NCBI GenBank assembly: GCA_937625935.1
Contig: OW569386.1
Span: forward strand, 248,001 to 312,000
Source of the DNA: Tetramitus jugosus
Taxonomy: Eukaryota; Protista; Heterolobosea
Reading direction: 5' to 3'
Length of the DNA: 64,000 nucleotides
The notes beneath the pieces were generated by a model. That model did no database searches and was not told the DNA's origin. It worked only from the letters and a program-made list of their open reading frames with translations. How positions within the stretch are numbered: position 1 is the first letter of the stretch; each line of letters opens with the position of its first letter. The position numbers and the translations under genes are program-made. Of this stretch, positions 52,656 to 63,114 are shown one piece after another.

Positions 52656-54239
52656 TTATATTTTGAGAGGAATCCAAAAGGGAGTGGCTGGCAAGGTTGT
52701 AAGACGGTTGTATAGAATACACTGAGGATATGCCTCCCATGCATAAACTATGCCTGTCGGGATGACATCATGAGGTATCGATGCACTTGTAATGACAACG
52801 ATACCTTCGTGGGACATACCTAAATCAACATCCACCATCGAATACAACCTGCTGTCATTGCCGATTAGCGAGAATGCATTTGCCCCATTTTGCTGACAAC
52901 ACTGTGTACAAGACATTGTCCCTTTAGCCACGATACCTCCATTGGAATTATTCATGACAAATGCAATTCGCCATGTTCCATCATTGTCCGCGTGTACTGA
53001 TTCGATTTGATAAAATTCAGGACCGTCGAATGGCACTTGCAAGTTGTATGTGTTGTAGAGTACCACTGGAGTCATTCTAGCTGCTATCAGGTCCTTTAGT
53101 CGCGGATGAATCGGATGGAAGGGACTCGTAGGATCACCCAAATCAATAGCAGTAGCCATTCCAGTCTTAGCAACAGAATTTCTAACTAATTGCTGACTCC
53201 ATCGCAGCATGATGAATCCTGGGTCGTCATATGCTGCCAGTTGCACAAAATTAAACGGTGCAACCATATCATTCGACAATGCCTTTGAAAACCTTACTCT
53301 CCAGTCCAGGATCATTTCTGAGAATAAACATTTGTACTTGTCAGGTTCGAAGCTATTGGATTCTCCTTGATACCACATTATTGACTTAAAATTTGTATGG
53401 AACAGTGGATTAATCATTGCATTGAAGAGTACGAGATCATCGTATGGCTTTGGTGGATCGTGCTTGTTCACGACTCGAGGAGGACACTTGTCCAGTGCGT
53501 CAGGGCTAGACCAAGACTCGACAGGTGTACCACCATAGGTCGATTGAATTAATCCGATTGTTATCAACTCATTTGTAGATTGAAGTCTTTGTAGACTTGA
53601 ATACACTCTGCGTGCAGTAAAGTAACACAGAGCAGAAAAGTCCTTCACATTCTTTTCAGTCGATTGAGTCCATGTGGCACTTGAATCACCCTCAAATGTC
53701 AACAGTGGTACTATAGATACATTGGGTACAATATGCAGCAATCGAATAGAGTCAGCAAACACAACTGCTGTTTCCAAGTATTGTTCTGCATTAAAATTTT
53801 GCCAAACAGGCATATCCATATTGGACTGACCACTGCACAGGAACACATCACCAAACATGACATTGGAAACATTGACATATTGGGCACTATTGGCAGTAGA
53901 AAACTGAAGCAAAAAGGGACCGCTCGCAGGCATGGATTCCAATCCAAACTTCCATTCACCAGTGTTGACATCAGATTGTGTCACATATGTAGGTCCAACC
54001 TGAATCATTGTACGTTCATTGAAAATGGTTAGCTTGAGTGTCATGCCTGGCTTGCCTTGACTCACGCCATACAGAGTTGCATTGACATCTCTCTGAACAA
54101 CCATGGAATCCGTAATAGGAGATCGGATAAAGGCCCATTGATCACCAGTGGAAGAATAGAGAATCTTTTCACTGTGAGCGGCACAAATGAGTGCCAAGAC
54201 AAGAGACAAAAACAGCAGCAACGGTCTTGTGAGAGTCAT
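52656..54239 (-). CDS. Sialate O-acetylesterase (SASA/SGNH), secreted or lysosomal
   Basis: Signal peptide; SMVVQR, GDVFLCSGQSNM, GGTPVESW, WYQGESN and DLGD..IHP. Confidence 0.92.
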   Translation of the reverse strand: MTLTRPLLLFLSLVLALICAAHSEKILYSSTGDQWAFIRSPITDSMVVQRDVNATLYGVSQGKPGMTLKLTIFNERTMIQVGPTYVTQSDVNTGEWKFGLESMPASGPFLLQFSTANSAQYVNVSNVMFGDVFLCSGQSNMDMPVWQNFNAEQYLETAVVFADSIRLLHIVPNVSIVPLLTFEGDSSATWTQSTEKNVKDFSALCYFTARRVYSSLQRLQSTNELITIGLIQSTYGGTPVESWSSPDALDKCPPRVVNKHDPPKPYDDLVLFNAMINPLFHTNFKSIMWYQGESNSFEPDKYKCLFSEMILDWRVRFSKALSNDMVAPFNFVQLAAYDDPGFIMLRWSQQLVRNSVAKTGMATAIDLGDPTSPFHPIHPRLKDLIAARMTPVVLYNTYNLQVPFDGPEFYQIESVHADNDGTWRIAFVMNNSNGGIVAKGTMSCTQCCQQNGANAFSLIGNDSRLYSMVDVDLGMSHEGIVVITSASIPHDVIPTGIVYAWEAYPQCILYNRLTTLPATPFWIPLKI

Positions 54240-54673
54240 CTGGAAGAATAGTTTGTTTTTTTGTTGTGCAAATTTTTGTGGCTGCCCAAAGCGGATAACA
54301 AACACTTCTTGAGCTCACACATTCCATCGAAACAGTTTAACAACCGATTGTAGTTCGTGCTGGGAATGAGAAATGCGTCAGTACTGGTTTCTTTTGTAGA
54401 AAGGAACTGCAAGGCCCTTTACTCGCCATGGTGTGACACCATTTGATAACACGCATTCCACACACGTTATACCCAATTACTCCTTCAGTGGTCCTCGGAC
54501 GAAAATTTTTTATTTTTAATCACTCCGGAGAAGTCAGAACAAGTTTTCCCCCAACAGCAAACGAACCCCCCAAAAGTCAATCAATATCGTTCCACCACAC
54601 CTCATCTTTTGTTAACACCAAATCAAACAACACGTAACAACACTACAACAACTGTACCAACAATAACAACAAC

Positions 54674-56221
54674 ATGTCTCCCACTACACTACAACCACAA
54701 CGGTCAATCAAAATGTTGTTGTCGTTGACATCTGTCCTTTTATGTACATTATTATTCTTCTCATTGGGTGAAGCTTCATTGACCACTTCCCTCAGAAGAC
54801 AACCACAACAACAACAACAACAAGCTTCAAAAATTTCCATTGTTGACACGAATAAAAAAACAGCAAAATCTTTGTCGTCGTCGTCGTCACTGTACGTGCC
54901 CATCTATGTCATGATGCCATTGGATCTCGTTAGCTTAAACGGAGCACTCAACAATTTGGATCACGTGACTTCACAGTTGCGTCAATTAAAGTCTGTTGGT
55001 GTCGATGGCATCATGATTGATGTTTGGTGGGGTATCGTTCAAAAAGATGGATATCAAAAGTTTAACTGGAGTCCCTATGATCAATTGTTTGCACTGTGCA
55101 AGACCATTGGATTGAAAATTCAAGCCAATTTAGCTTTTCATCAATGTGGAACCAATGTCGGAGATTCTTGTTATATTCCGCTTCCCGCCTGGGTGATGGC
55201 AGAAAAATCTACGGTGCCTGATGGACTGTTTTACAAGGACAGAGAAGGTCATCAAGATGAAGAGTATCTATCGTTGGGAACGGACACTGTTCCACTGTTT
55301 CAAGGAGGTCGATTGACCAGTGTTGACTTGTATGCTGAGTTCATGTCAAGCTTCCAGAAGCGTTATGCCTCTTGGATTGGCGTCGATAATTTGATTTCGA
55401 GCATTGAGATTGGTTTGGGTCCTGCTGGTGAACTCAGATATCCTAGTTATCAACTGCAGAACAATATTTGGAGCTTCCCTGGCATTGGTGAGTTCCAGTG
55501 CTATGACAAGTACATGCTTCAATCATTGAACCGTAGTGCTTATGCTGCAGGTCATCCAGAGTGGTCTCACGGAGGTCCTATGGATGCTGGTCAGTACAAC
55601 TCACAACCACCAAGCAGTGTTCCATTCTTTGCAGATGGTGGTTGGAACAATTGGGAGTCAGACTATGGCAAGTTCTTTGTTTCATGGTACTCGAAGCAGT
55701 TGATTGCCCATGGTGATCGCATCCTCTCACGTGCCTTCTCCATTTTTGTCCAGAGTGCCAATAACACGATGAGCAAACCAACGATTGCTGCCAAGATTGC
55801 AGGTATTCATTGGTGGTATAACACAAGGTCCCATGCAGCAGAACTAACAGCAGGTTATTACAATACAGACAAGTACGATGGTTATACTGACATTGCACAG
55901 ATGCTTAAAAAGTATGATGCAGAGTTTGCCTTCACTTGTTTGGAAATGTTGGATCAGAACCAACAAAACTGTAACTGTGCACCTCAGGAACTCGTTCAAG
56001 AAACGAGAAATGCTGCCTGGAGCACTGGTGTTCGTTTTTCTGGTGAAAATGCACTACCTATTTATAATTATCAAGCAGGTTATGATCAGATTGTGTCTCA
56101 GTCTGTGTATAATGGAAGAGCGATTGATTCATTCACATACTTGCGATTGGATGATCAACTGTTCCAGGGCAATGCCTGGAACATGTTTAGCAATTTTGTC
56201 TCTCGCATGCACAACCTTTAG
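54674..56221 (+). CDS. Beta-amylase (GH14) with signal peptide
   Basis: YVMMPLD, DVWWG, FHQCGTNVGD, GLGPAGELRYPSY, GIHWWY, HAAELTAGYYN, GENAL and FTYLR. Confidence 0.96.
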   Translation: MSPTTLQPQRSIKMLLSLTSVLLCTLLFFSLGEASLTTSLRRQPQQQQQQASKISIVDTNKKTAKSLSSSSSLYVPIYVMMPLDLVSLNGALNNLDHVTSQLRQLKSVGVDGIMIDVWWGIVQKDGYQKFNWSPYDQLFALCKTIGLKIQANLAFHQCGTNVGDSCYIPLPAWVMAEKSTVPDGLFYKDREGHQDEEYLSLGTDTVPLFQGGRLTSVDLYAEFMSSFQKRYASWIGVDNLISSIEIGLGPAGELRYPSYQLQNNIWSFPGIGEFQCYDKYMLQSLNRSAYAAGHPEWSHGGPMDAGQYNSQPPSSVPFFADGGWNNWESDYGKFFVSWYSKQLIAHGDRILSRAFSIFVQSANNTMSKPTIAAKIAGIHWWYNTRSHAAELTAGYYNTDKYDGYTDIAQMLKKYDAEFAFTCLEMLDQNQQNCNCAPQELVQETRNAAWSTGVRFSGENALPIYNYQAGYDQIVSQSVYNGRAIDSFTYLRLDDQLFQGNAWNMFSNFVSRMHNL

Positions 56222-56333
56222 AACATGATGGTTGTCTGCAAACGGAACAACTTCTTTTTTGTAAACTATTATTTAATTTTCGACATGAATTATTAAACTA
56301 CTCTCTTGGAGTGTGATCCAACATGCCACATCA

Positions 56334-57371
56334 TTAGAAGCGAATGGATACCAAACTTGAGAACCAAGGATCCTCAGACAACACTTGAATCGTGGCCTTT
56401 TCCTGTTCAGTGCAGCAAGGACCAGGAGGAAATCCTCTCGTATCTTGTGAGATCCATCTGTTCGAAGCCAGCATTCCAGGAACAGTTGCATTGAACAGTA
56501 ACCAGTCGAATGATCTCGATCGAAGCAACTGAGTGCCACTCTTCAATGTTTCCTTGTTTTGAGCAATGCTGTCGAAGCGATAGAAACCAATTGCTCTTCC
56601 ATCTGAATTGAGATTCAATTTTGGTTCGAGCATTGACCCAGGAATGACCTGTGTGGCAATCATTGATCCAGAGTTGAAATCCGCAACAGACATTCCCAAG
56701 GTGTTGTTGTCCATTGTGTACACTGAGACATCAATACATGGATGAACCTTGGGATCGACAGTGATCTCTCCATTGACCCATCCCTTTCCAGATGCAGCAT
56801 AGTTGGCCCAGATGTTCTTTGAAGGTACATACAACAGTCCAATATCTGCTCCTTCACCACTCTCAGAATTGTACACTCCGAGACTCACATACACACCATC
56901 TTGGCTTCCCTCTTGTGTCACAATGACATCAGGCAAACAATACACAATTGAAGTCTGATGCCAATGGCTGCTCCTACAGTCTGTATCAACTCTGTACCAC
57001 GCACCCGTTCCACCACCGTTCCAAGCTTGTTTACACGTATCGTCAGATGCCTTGACGGAGTTCTTGCTTTGGAATCCAGGTTTCTGAGGTATCCTTGTTG
57101 CACGGCTACCTTGGTCAGCAGCAATAGTAGCTCTCTCTGGAGTATAATAGACAGGGGAGCGAGAGAGCGAGGAGATCCTATTGTGAGCTTGTTTCAATGT
57201 CAATTGCTCATGTTGGAGTCTGGCTTTTGTCCATGCAGTGATTCGCTCTTGAATGAGCAAGTGCTCATCTGCTTGTTCTTGATGGATTTGATTGGATAAA
57301 TCAATCAAAGATGCTAGTACGACAATGAGAAAGAGCAGTTGGAGTAAACAAACAAGGGCAGATCTGGTCAT
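56334..57371 (-). CDS. Secreted beta-rich protein, possibly YrpD-like
   Basis: Signal peptide and propeptide-like region; 'GTGAWYRV...CLP...VYVSLG...EGADIGLLY....IW' recalls the Bacillus YrpD-type pattern as I remember it. Confidence 0.6.
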   Translation of the reverse strand: MTRSALVCLLQLLFLIVVLASLIDLSNQIHQEQADEHLLIQERITAWTKARLQHEQLTLKQAHNRISSLSRSPVYYTPERATIAADQGSRATRIPQKPGFQSKNSVKASDDTCKQAWNGGGTGAWYRVDTDCRSSHWHQTSIVYCLPDVIVTQEGSQDGVYVSLGVYNSESGEGADIGLLYVPSKNIWANYAASGKGWVNGEITVDPKVHPCIDVSVYTMDNNTLGMSVADFNSGSMIATQVIPGSMLEPKLNLNSDGRAIGFYRFDSIAQNKETLKSGTQLLRSRSFDWLLFNATVPGMLASNRWISQDTRGFPPGPCCTEQEKATIQVLSEDPWFSSLVSIRF

Positions 57372-57702
57372 GTGGCAATTCGATTGTGTTTGTGTTTTGG
57401 AGTGAAAATTTTGGCGGTCTGAGCAAAGAAACCGGCTCCTCAGTGAGTAGGAGAAGTTCAGTTTTTGTTTACAAAATGGTTACATTTTCATGTGTGTACT
57501 GCATTGTACTTCTGAACTTCTCCTACTCCCTCAATCCTTCTACCTATTTGTCATTTTGACACTTTCCAAGCATACATGATTATTGGATTTCGTATCGGAG
57601 CAAAAGATTGATTGTATTGAGAATAACAACCAATAGTGTGATATCGTAATACCATTAAAGATGCAGAGGTTATTGTGTTGAACAACTGTTTTTAATTAGG
57701 GC

Positions 57703-58823
57703 TTAAAAGTATCCCCAGAATCCATACTTGTATTGTGGTGCAGTCTCAACCTTGTGTCCCAATGCTTTGGCTGCTTGAATTGGCCAAAATGGCTCTCTCA
57801 GCACAGCACGACCAATCAAAACGATATCTCCTCTTCGTTCTTCCACAATCTGATTTGCCTTGATTGGATCAGTGATCATACCCACTGCTCCAGCCAACAA
57901 TCCAGCCTCATTGATCACTCTCTCAGCATATGGAACTTGATAGTTTGTGAATGGTGAGAGTTTAGCTGGTACGTTGCCACCAGAGGAACAATCAATCAGA
58001 TCCACACCGACATTCTTCAACAATTTGGACAACTCGACATGATCATCCACAGTCCAACCATCCTCTACATAATCAGTGGCCGACAAGCGAGTAAACAGTG
58101 GCATCTCTTGAGGGATCACAGCTCTCACTCTCTCACAAACTTCAACAATCAATCTTGTTCTATTCTCAAAGCTTCCACCATACTTGTCTGTTCTGAAATT
58201 GGACTTTGGAGAGTAAAAACTGTGTAGCAAGTAACCGTGAGCACCATGAATCTCAATCACATCAAATCCAGCTGCTACAGCTCTCTTTGCTGCACTCACA
58301 AATGACTCAATCACTCCTTCCACTTCTTCCAGAGACAATTCGTGAGGAATCTTGTGGAATTCATCATATGGTACATTACTGGGTCCAACAACATCGAAAC
58401 CACCATCTTCATTCGACACTGCATCTCTTCCATTCGCTTCCCACAATCTCACTGTACTTCCCTTTCTTCCAGAGTGAGCCAATTGAATTCCGATATGAGC
58501 ATTTTGTGAATGAGCAAAATCCACAATGTTCTTGAATCCTTCAATGTGCTCGTCCTTCCAAATACCGAGATCATTGATTGAAATTCTGCCTTCTGGTACG
58601 ACGGCTGTGGCCTCTACGATGAACAAGGAAGCTCCACCGACAATTCGACTTCCAATGTGTTGAACGTGCCAAGTGTTTACGAATCCGTCTTGAGCAGAGT
58701 ATTGACACATGGGTGCAATGACAATTCTGTTCTTGAGAGTGACACCACGGATGGTCAATGGAGTGAACAGAGCTGGGACTTGTTGTTGTTGGTCTCCTGC
58801 TTCATTTGCGTATTGGCCGTCAT
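57703..58823 (-). CDS. NADH:flavin oxidoreductase / old yellow enzyme (YqjM-like); the apparent ATG at 58823 is out of frame
   Basis: ALFTPLTIRGVTLKNRIVIAPMCQYS, IQLAHSGRK, EIHGAHGYLLHSF, RTDKYGGSFENR and IGRAVLREP. Confidence 0.9.
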
Positions 58824-59203
58824 TTTTATATATGTTACTTAGTTTTCTTTTTACTTCCTAGAAAGTGTTTTGTTTGTGTTTTTTGTGTTGTTGTGTTTTT
58901 GTGTGGATTTCTGTCGAAAGCTTTCCGTAGACTGCAGTCTTTTATATTCGATCTGGTGGTGCGCGAAATTGCGCATAAATACGGAATTCTTACACGGAAA
59001 TATTAGGTATTAAATAGGCAATATCTTCTCGGACATTTGAATCCGCAGGCGCGATTCCCTGAAATTGTAAGTGCGGTGTGCACGGCGGGCGGTGGCAAGT
59101 ATTGTATACCGGAAGTGTTGAGGAGGATTGGGTGAAGATACTGTATACATAAACGTTGCGCACGATGAAGGTATGAATATACAAACGGTGAAGTGTTTGG
59201 CTT

Positions 59204-60457
59204 TTATGGTTCGAAGAAACGACTTGTGTGAGTTGTTACTCCCTTGGCTGCATAGGTAGAAATGACCCTGTTGTGCTGGAAGAGGTGAGGTACAGCAATG
59301 TAAGATTTTCTTCCTGCGGTGCTCATCCTATACAAGTATGCATTGATGAGTCCGTCAATTGGATTCTCATCGTAGTTCTGGGTCACATATTGAGCCAAGT
59401 TTGCCATATCCTTGCACTTGAAAAGAATGGCTTGACTACAACAAGGCAGGTAGTACTCTTGACCATTGTCTTCGTTTCCTTGCGAGTACAACGAAATAGC
59501 TACCCAATCGTTCTTTTCATAGTCCTTCAACCACCGGAAGAGTTTCCTGTAAATGTGACTCGTAGGAATTACATCATCCTCCAGAAACAGAATGTGCTCA
59601 GGTGGTTCCGTCACACATTGTTCATTAGGATTATGAGGACACTTGATGGTCAACGTGTCATCCCGGTCAATACCGCAAGCAGCTCGAACAGAATTTGCAA
59701 AATCGAGAGCTTCTTTGCTCCTCCATAAGATTCGATCAATGGGATCACCATGGTTTCTCTTTAATTTATCTTCTCTCAACTTTTCCCTGTAGTACGACTG
59801 CTTGCCTTGGATATCCAGTATCTGAAGGATACCATTGTCAATTTCACTTGGATACATTTGTGCGACATCTTTAATCTTGGTGTGATTGGCTGGATTCAAC
59901 TCGCCATTGAACAGTACCAGTTTGATCTTGTTTTCATCTGCCTGAGCAATACTAAGCAGAGATTTAACTGCTGCTGGCACTGTAGGCTCCATACGATTCA
60001 CTGTAGGCATAATAATTGTCAAATCAAATGGATTCTTCACTACTTTTCTCACAACCTTCTCCTCCTCATTCTTCTTCTTCTTCTCATCACTCTTCTTTGT
60101 TTCTCGATTCTCAGTCGAAGGCTTTGAATTTTCAGTTGTCTGTTCACTTGTGGGAACTTGTGTTGGTTTATTATTATTGTCTGCTGTCTTTGGTTTGTTT
60201 AATGTTTGTGAAATGATCATCATCTCCCGTTGTTGTTGGTTGAGAATGGTGTCCTTTTGGTTCAAGAGATCATTCTTCTTCTTGACTAACAACCTTAAAT
60301 CATCTAATTGGGAGGTTAATTCTCTGTTCTGTCGTCTTGTTGACTCTGCTTCTCTCAAGACTCTCATGTAGAGAGTGTGAAATATAGCTACAACAAAGAG
60401 AAACGCAAAGAGAGCTTTGAGGAAGCTAGAACGAATGTTGGGGGCGGTTGAGCGCAT
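59204..60457 (-). CDS. Type II membrane GT-A glycosyltransferase (MGAT4/PGAP4-like)
   Basis: TM and coiled stem; IIMPTVNR, WRSKEALDF, FLEDDV, CCSQAILF and PHLFQH. Confidence 0.75.
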   Translation of the reverse strand: MRSTAPNIRSSFLKALFAFLFVVAIFHTLYMRVLREAESTRRQNRELTSQLDDLRLLVKKKNDLLNQKDTILNQQQREMMIISQTLNKPKTADNNNKPTQVPTSEQTTENSKPSTENRETKKSDEKKKKNEEEKVVRKVVKNPFDLTIIMPTVNRMEPTVPAAVKSLLSIAQADENKIKLVLFNGELNPANHTKIKDVAQMYPSEIDNGILQILDIQGKQSYYREKLREDKLKRNHGDPIDRILWRSKEALDFANSVRAACGIDRDDTLTIKCPHNPNEQCVTEPPEHILFLEDDVIPTSHIYRKLFRWLKDYEKNDWVAISLYSQGNEDNGQEYYLPCCSQAILFKCKDMANLAQYVTQNYDENPIDGLINAYLYRMSTAGRKSYIAVPHLFQHNRVISTYAAKGVTTHTSRFFEP

Positions 60458-60518
60458 TTTGTTGCTTCGGTTTCCGAGTCTTCAGTCGCGTCCAATAATG
60501 ATAGGGTTGTTTTGGAAG

Positions 60519-62969
60519 TTATGTTACGCCCGTACTTGCAGGGTTAATTTCGCGCATCAAATTAAGAACAAAAAACGGTCCGGTCAACAGGGTACGACCA
60601 CCAGGTTTCGATTGAGTCGTTTGGTACTTTTGACCTTGGGAACCCACCTTGGATATTTGAACGTTGACCTTGAAGAGGAGCTTTTTGGTTGGTGTGCCTG
60701 TTCCATGAAACTCTCCAGAATCCGAATATTGACCCTTTGGTCGACATAATCCAAGTCCTTGAACAATGTCGAATTGTAATAACCGCGGCAGTGTATCCAA
60801 ATCTACGCCAATGCTAATGTCAGACAGGGAAAGTCCCAGTAGATTCTGCTCCGTGCAATCAAGCATATCACAGAATTTGTCGTTGACTCTCCATATCCGA
60901 TAGGACTTTGTTAGTATACACATGGCATTAGGAGCATTCATGAAGACATTCATGTACAATTCTCTCGCTGATGTAGCTTTAGATCTGGATACCGGTGCAG
61001 AATTTGATGTGTGCAAGTTTTTAGAATGGAGATGGTGAGCAGATAGTGTACTTTGGTCCACGCTATCATTTGTGTTAGGAACTGTGTTTGTGGGTTCTCT
61101 GAGATCTGGATTGGATCTGTGGATATCATTACCTTGAAAACCTGTTTGAGGAGAATCTCCAACACTTAAAATAATCTTCTTCTTTTGGGATTTGAGATCA
61201 ATGTAAGGTAGCTCAACAGTTTTCTGAATGGAGCCAGAGGGAACCATGACATTTTTGATTATTTCTTCATTGCCTAACTTTGCATGTTCTACCAACAGTT
61301 TTTGATTCGTTTTCTGGGTCATCTCCAATTCTGTTTTCAATTCTGCTTCCTTCTTCGACCATTTCTCTCTTTGGACAGAGAACTCGTGAGTCAATTTCAG
61401 CAATTCCTTCTCGAGAGAAACAACTCTACTATTCAAATCTACTGTGCTCTTGTCAGAGTTGAACTTGAGAGATTGTTTTGAGTACAATTCCTTCTCTAGC
61501 TTAATAATTCTGTTCTGGAATTGAGCGCTCTCTCCTACTGCCTTTCTCCAACACATCTCCAGTTTCTTTATATAATTATCAATGTCTTTAGGAACCAAAG
61601 ATTGAGGTTTTCCTTGAATGGCAGTAATACTTTCGTTCATTATAAAATCAGATTGATTGCCGTTCGAATCTAGAGTCATCCTTGGATTCTTCAACTTTGT
61701 TCGCTTTACTTCCAAAAAACTGATCATTCGCTTCAGAGAGACTCTTCCAGAGTCATTGTCATGATTTTCATCTGGCAGGCCAGTCGCAAGTCCAAGCAAT
61801 GTATGATCAAATCCTATATCTTTCAACCCTGGAGTTTCCATCATCCGGCTCATTGTCATTGTAAACTCGGCTAATCTTGCCTCGTCCTGCACACTAAATA
61901 CAGGTTCATTATTTCGCTTATTGATAACTTCTACAACACCCACAACACTATTATTTCTCATAGAGAGTATAGGAAAACATAACATAATCTTGGTATTGAA
62001 CCCAGTTCGCTCATCGATACCCTTGAAAAACCTCTCGTCCTTCTGAACATCAAACACGTTCAAAAAGTCCCCTGTACTGAAACATGATCCAACAATGCTT
62101 TTGGAGTCTCTTGCCGATATCCGAATCACATCGGGTATCTTCTTAATGATATCTTCATCTACATACTCGTCGTCAATAGAAGGTGGACAAACTATGGCTA
62201 AACTCTCGAGCTCTTTGTCTTTTGGATTATGAATAAATAAAGTTGCGGTGACTGCACTCAGAGAAAGCACTAAGGCTTCTAACATGCTTTTCATGAGCGA
62301 TAGAAATAGTTCCCTTCGATCATTAATTGAACTCGTAGTAGATGCTGTTGGTGTGTTTGATCTCATTGTAACCTTCTTATTTAGTAGCAAGTGATCTCTC
62401 TGTTTTCTCAATGTTTCTTTTTCCTCTTGTAATCTGTCCAAGTTCATCATACACTCACTCCATCGATCCTGTAATTTATCATATCTAGCTCTCCAGTCTT
62501 TAATTTTCATGTCTCTCTCCCTGTTTGATATCGCTAAATCTGTTCGCAACATTTCAATCTCATTGTTCTTCTTTTGTTCATTCTGAACGACGATGGTGTC
62601 CACTTCACTCAACAAGGTCTCGAATCCTATTCGATCACCCTCTCCTGTCATGATCGTATTAGAGTACATTCTTCGGATCTTGTTCAGAGCTCTCGCTAGC
62701 TTGGTCTCCTCCTGTAGCAAAAAGTCATCAAACATGTCATCTTCATCATCTTCGTCCTTGTTCATGTGTACGTTGCCTTGTTGATCTGACTGAACTTGCT
62801 TCCCATCATTTCTACCATTCATACCATGCACAGTGTGTTGATGATTCTCCATGCTACCGTTCTCATTCCTTCCTTGCTTGCTGTCTTCGTTGTCTCGACT
62901 TAGTCCTTGAGTACTTTGGCGCCCTGAGTGAGAAGACGAAGGTTTATCGTTGGTCATCACAGAGTCCAT
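60519..62969 (-). CDS. Coiled-coil + GAF + PAS signalling protein
   Basis: GAF: SIVGSCFSTGDFLNVFDVQKDERFFKGIDERTGFNTKIMLCFPI...VGVVEVINK...FSVQDE; PAS-like: VFMNAPNAMCIL...RVNDKFCDML...LLG. Confidence 0.82.
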   Translation of the reverse strand: MDSVMTNDKPSSSHSGRQSTQGLSRDNEDSKQGRNENGSMENHQHTVHGMNGRNDGKQVQSDQQGNVHMNKDEDDEDDMFDDFLLQEETKLARALNKIRRMYSNTIMTGEGDRIGFETLLSEVDTIVVQNEQKKNNEIEMLRTDLAISNRERDMKIKDWRARYDKLQDRWSECMMNLDRLQEEKETLRKQRDHLLLNKKVTMRSNTPTASTTSSINDRRELFLSLMKSMLEALVLSLSAVTATLFIHNPKDKELESLAIVCPPSIDDEYVDEDIIKKIPDVIRISARDSKSIVGSCFSTGDFLNVFDVQKDERFFKGIDERTGFNTKIMLCFPILSMRNNSVVGVVEVINKRNNEPVFSVQDEARLAEFTMTMSRMMETPGLKDIGFDHTLLGLATGLPDENHDNDSGRVSLKRMISFLEVKRTKLKNPRMTLDSNGNQSDFIMNESITAIQGKPQSLVPKDIDNYIKKLEMCWRKAVGESAQFQNRIIKLEKELYSKQSLKFNSDKSTVDLNSRVVSLEKELLKLTHEFSVQREKWSKKEAELKTELEMTQKTNQKLLVEHAKLGNEEIIKNVMVPSGSIQKTVELPYIDLKSQKKKIILSVGDSPQTGFQGNDIHRSNPDLREPTNTVPNTNDSVDQSTLSAHHLHSKNLHTSNSAPVSRSKATSARELYMNVFMNAPNAMCILTKSYRIWRVNDKFCDMLDCTEQNLLGLSLSDISIGVDLDTLPRLLQFDIVQGLGLCRPKGQYSDSGEFHGTGTPTKKLLFKVNVQISKVGSQGQKYQTTQSKPGGRTLLTGPFFVLNLMREINPASTGVT

Positions 62970-63114
62970 CTTGGAGATTGTACGTCAATGATTTGGTTGG
63001 AATAGAATTGACCTTCTCAACTTCACGAACGTGCAACCTGTGAAGAAAGATTCGACCACTTTCTGTAGCCCGAAACCGAAAAAGGGCCGCTGAGCGGAGA
63101 AACGTCTCATTTAT

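Noticed and set aside
59021-59060. ATATCTTCTCGG resembles the 5' end of U2 snRNA
   Set aside because: No following GATCAAGTGTAGTA branch-pairing sequence and no Sm site.
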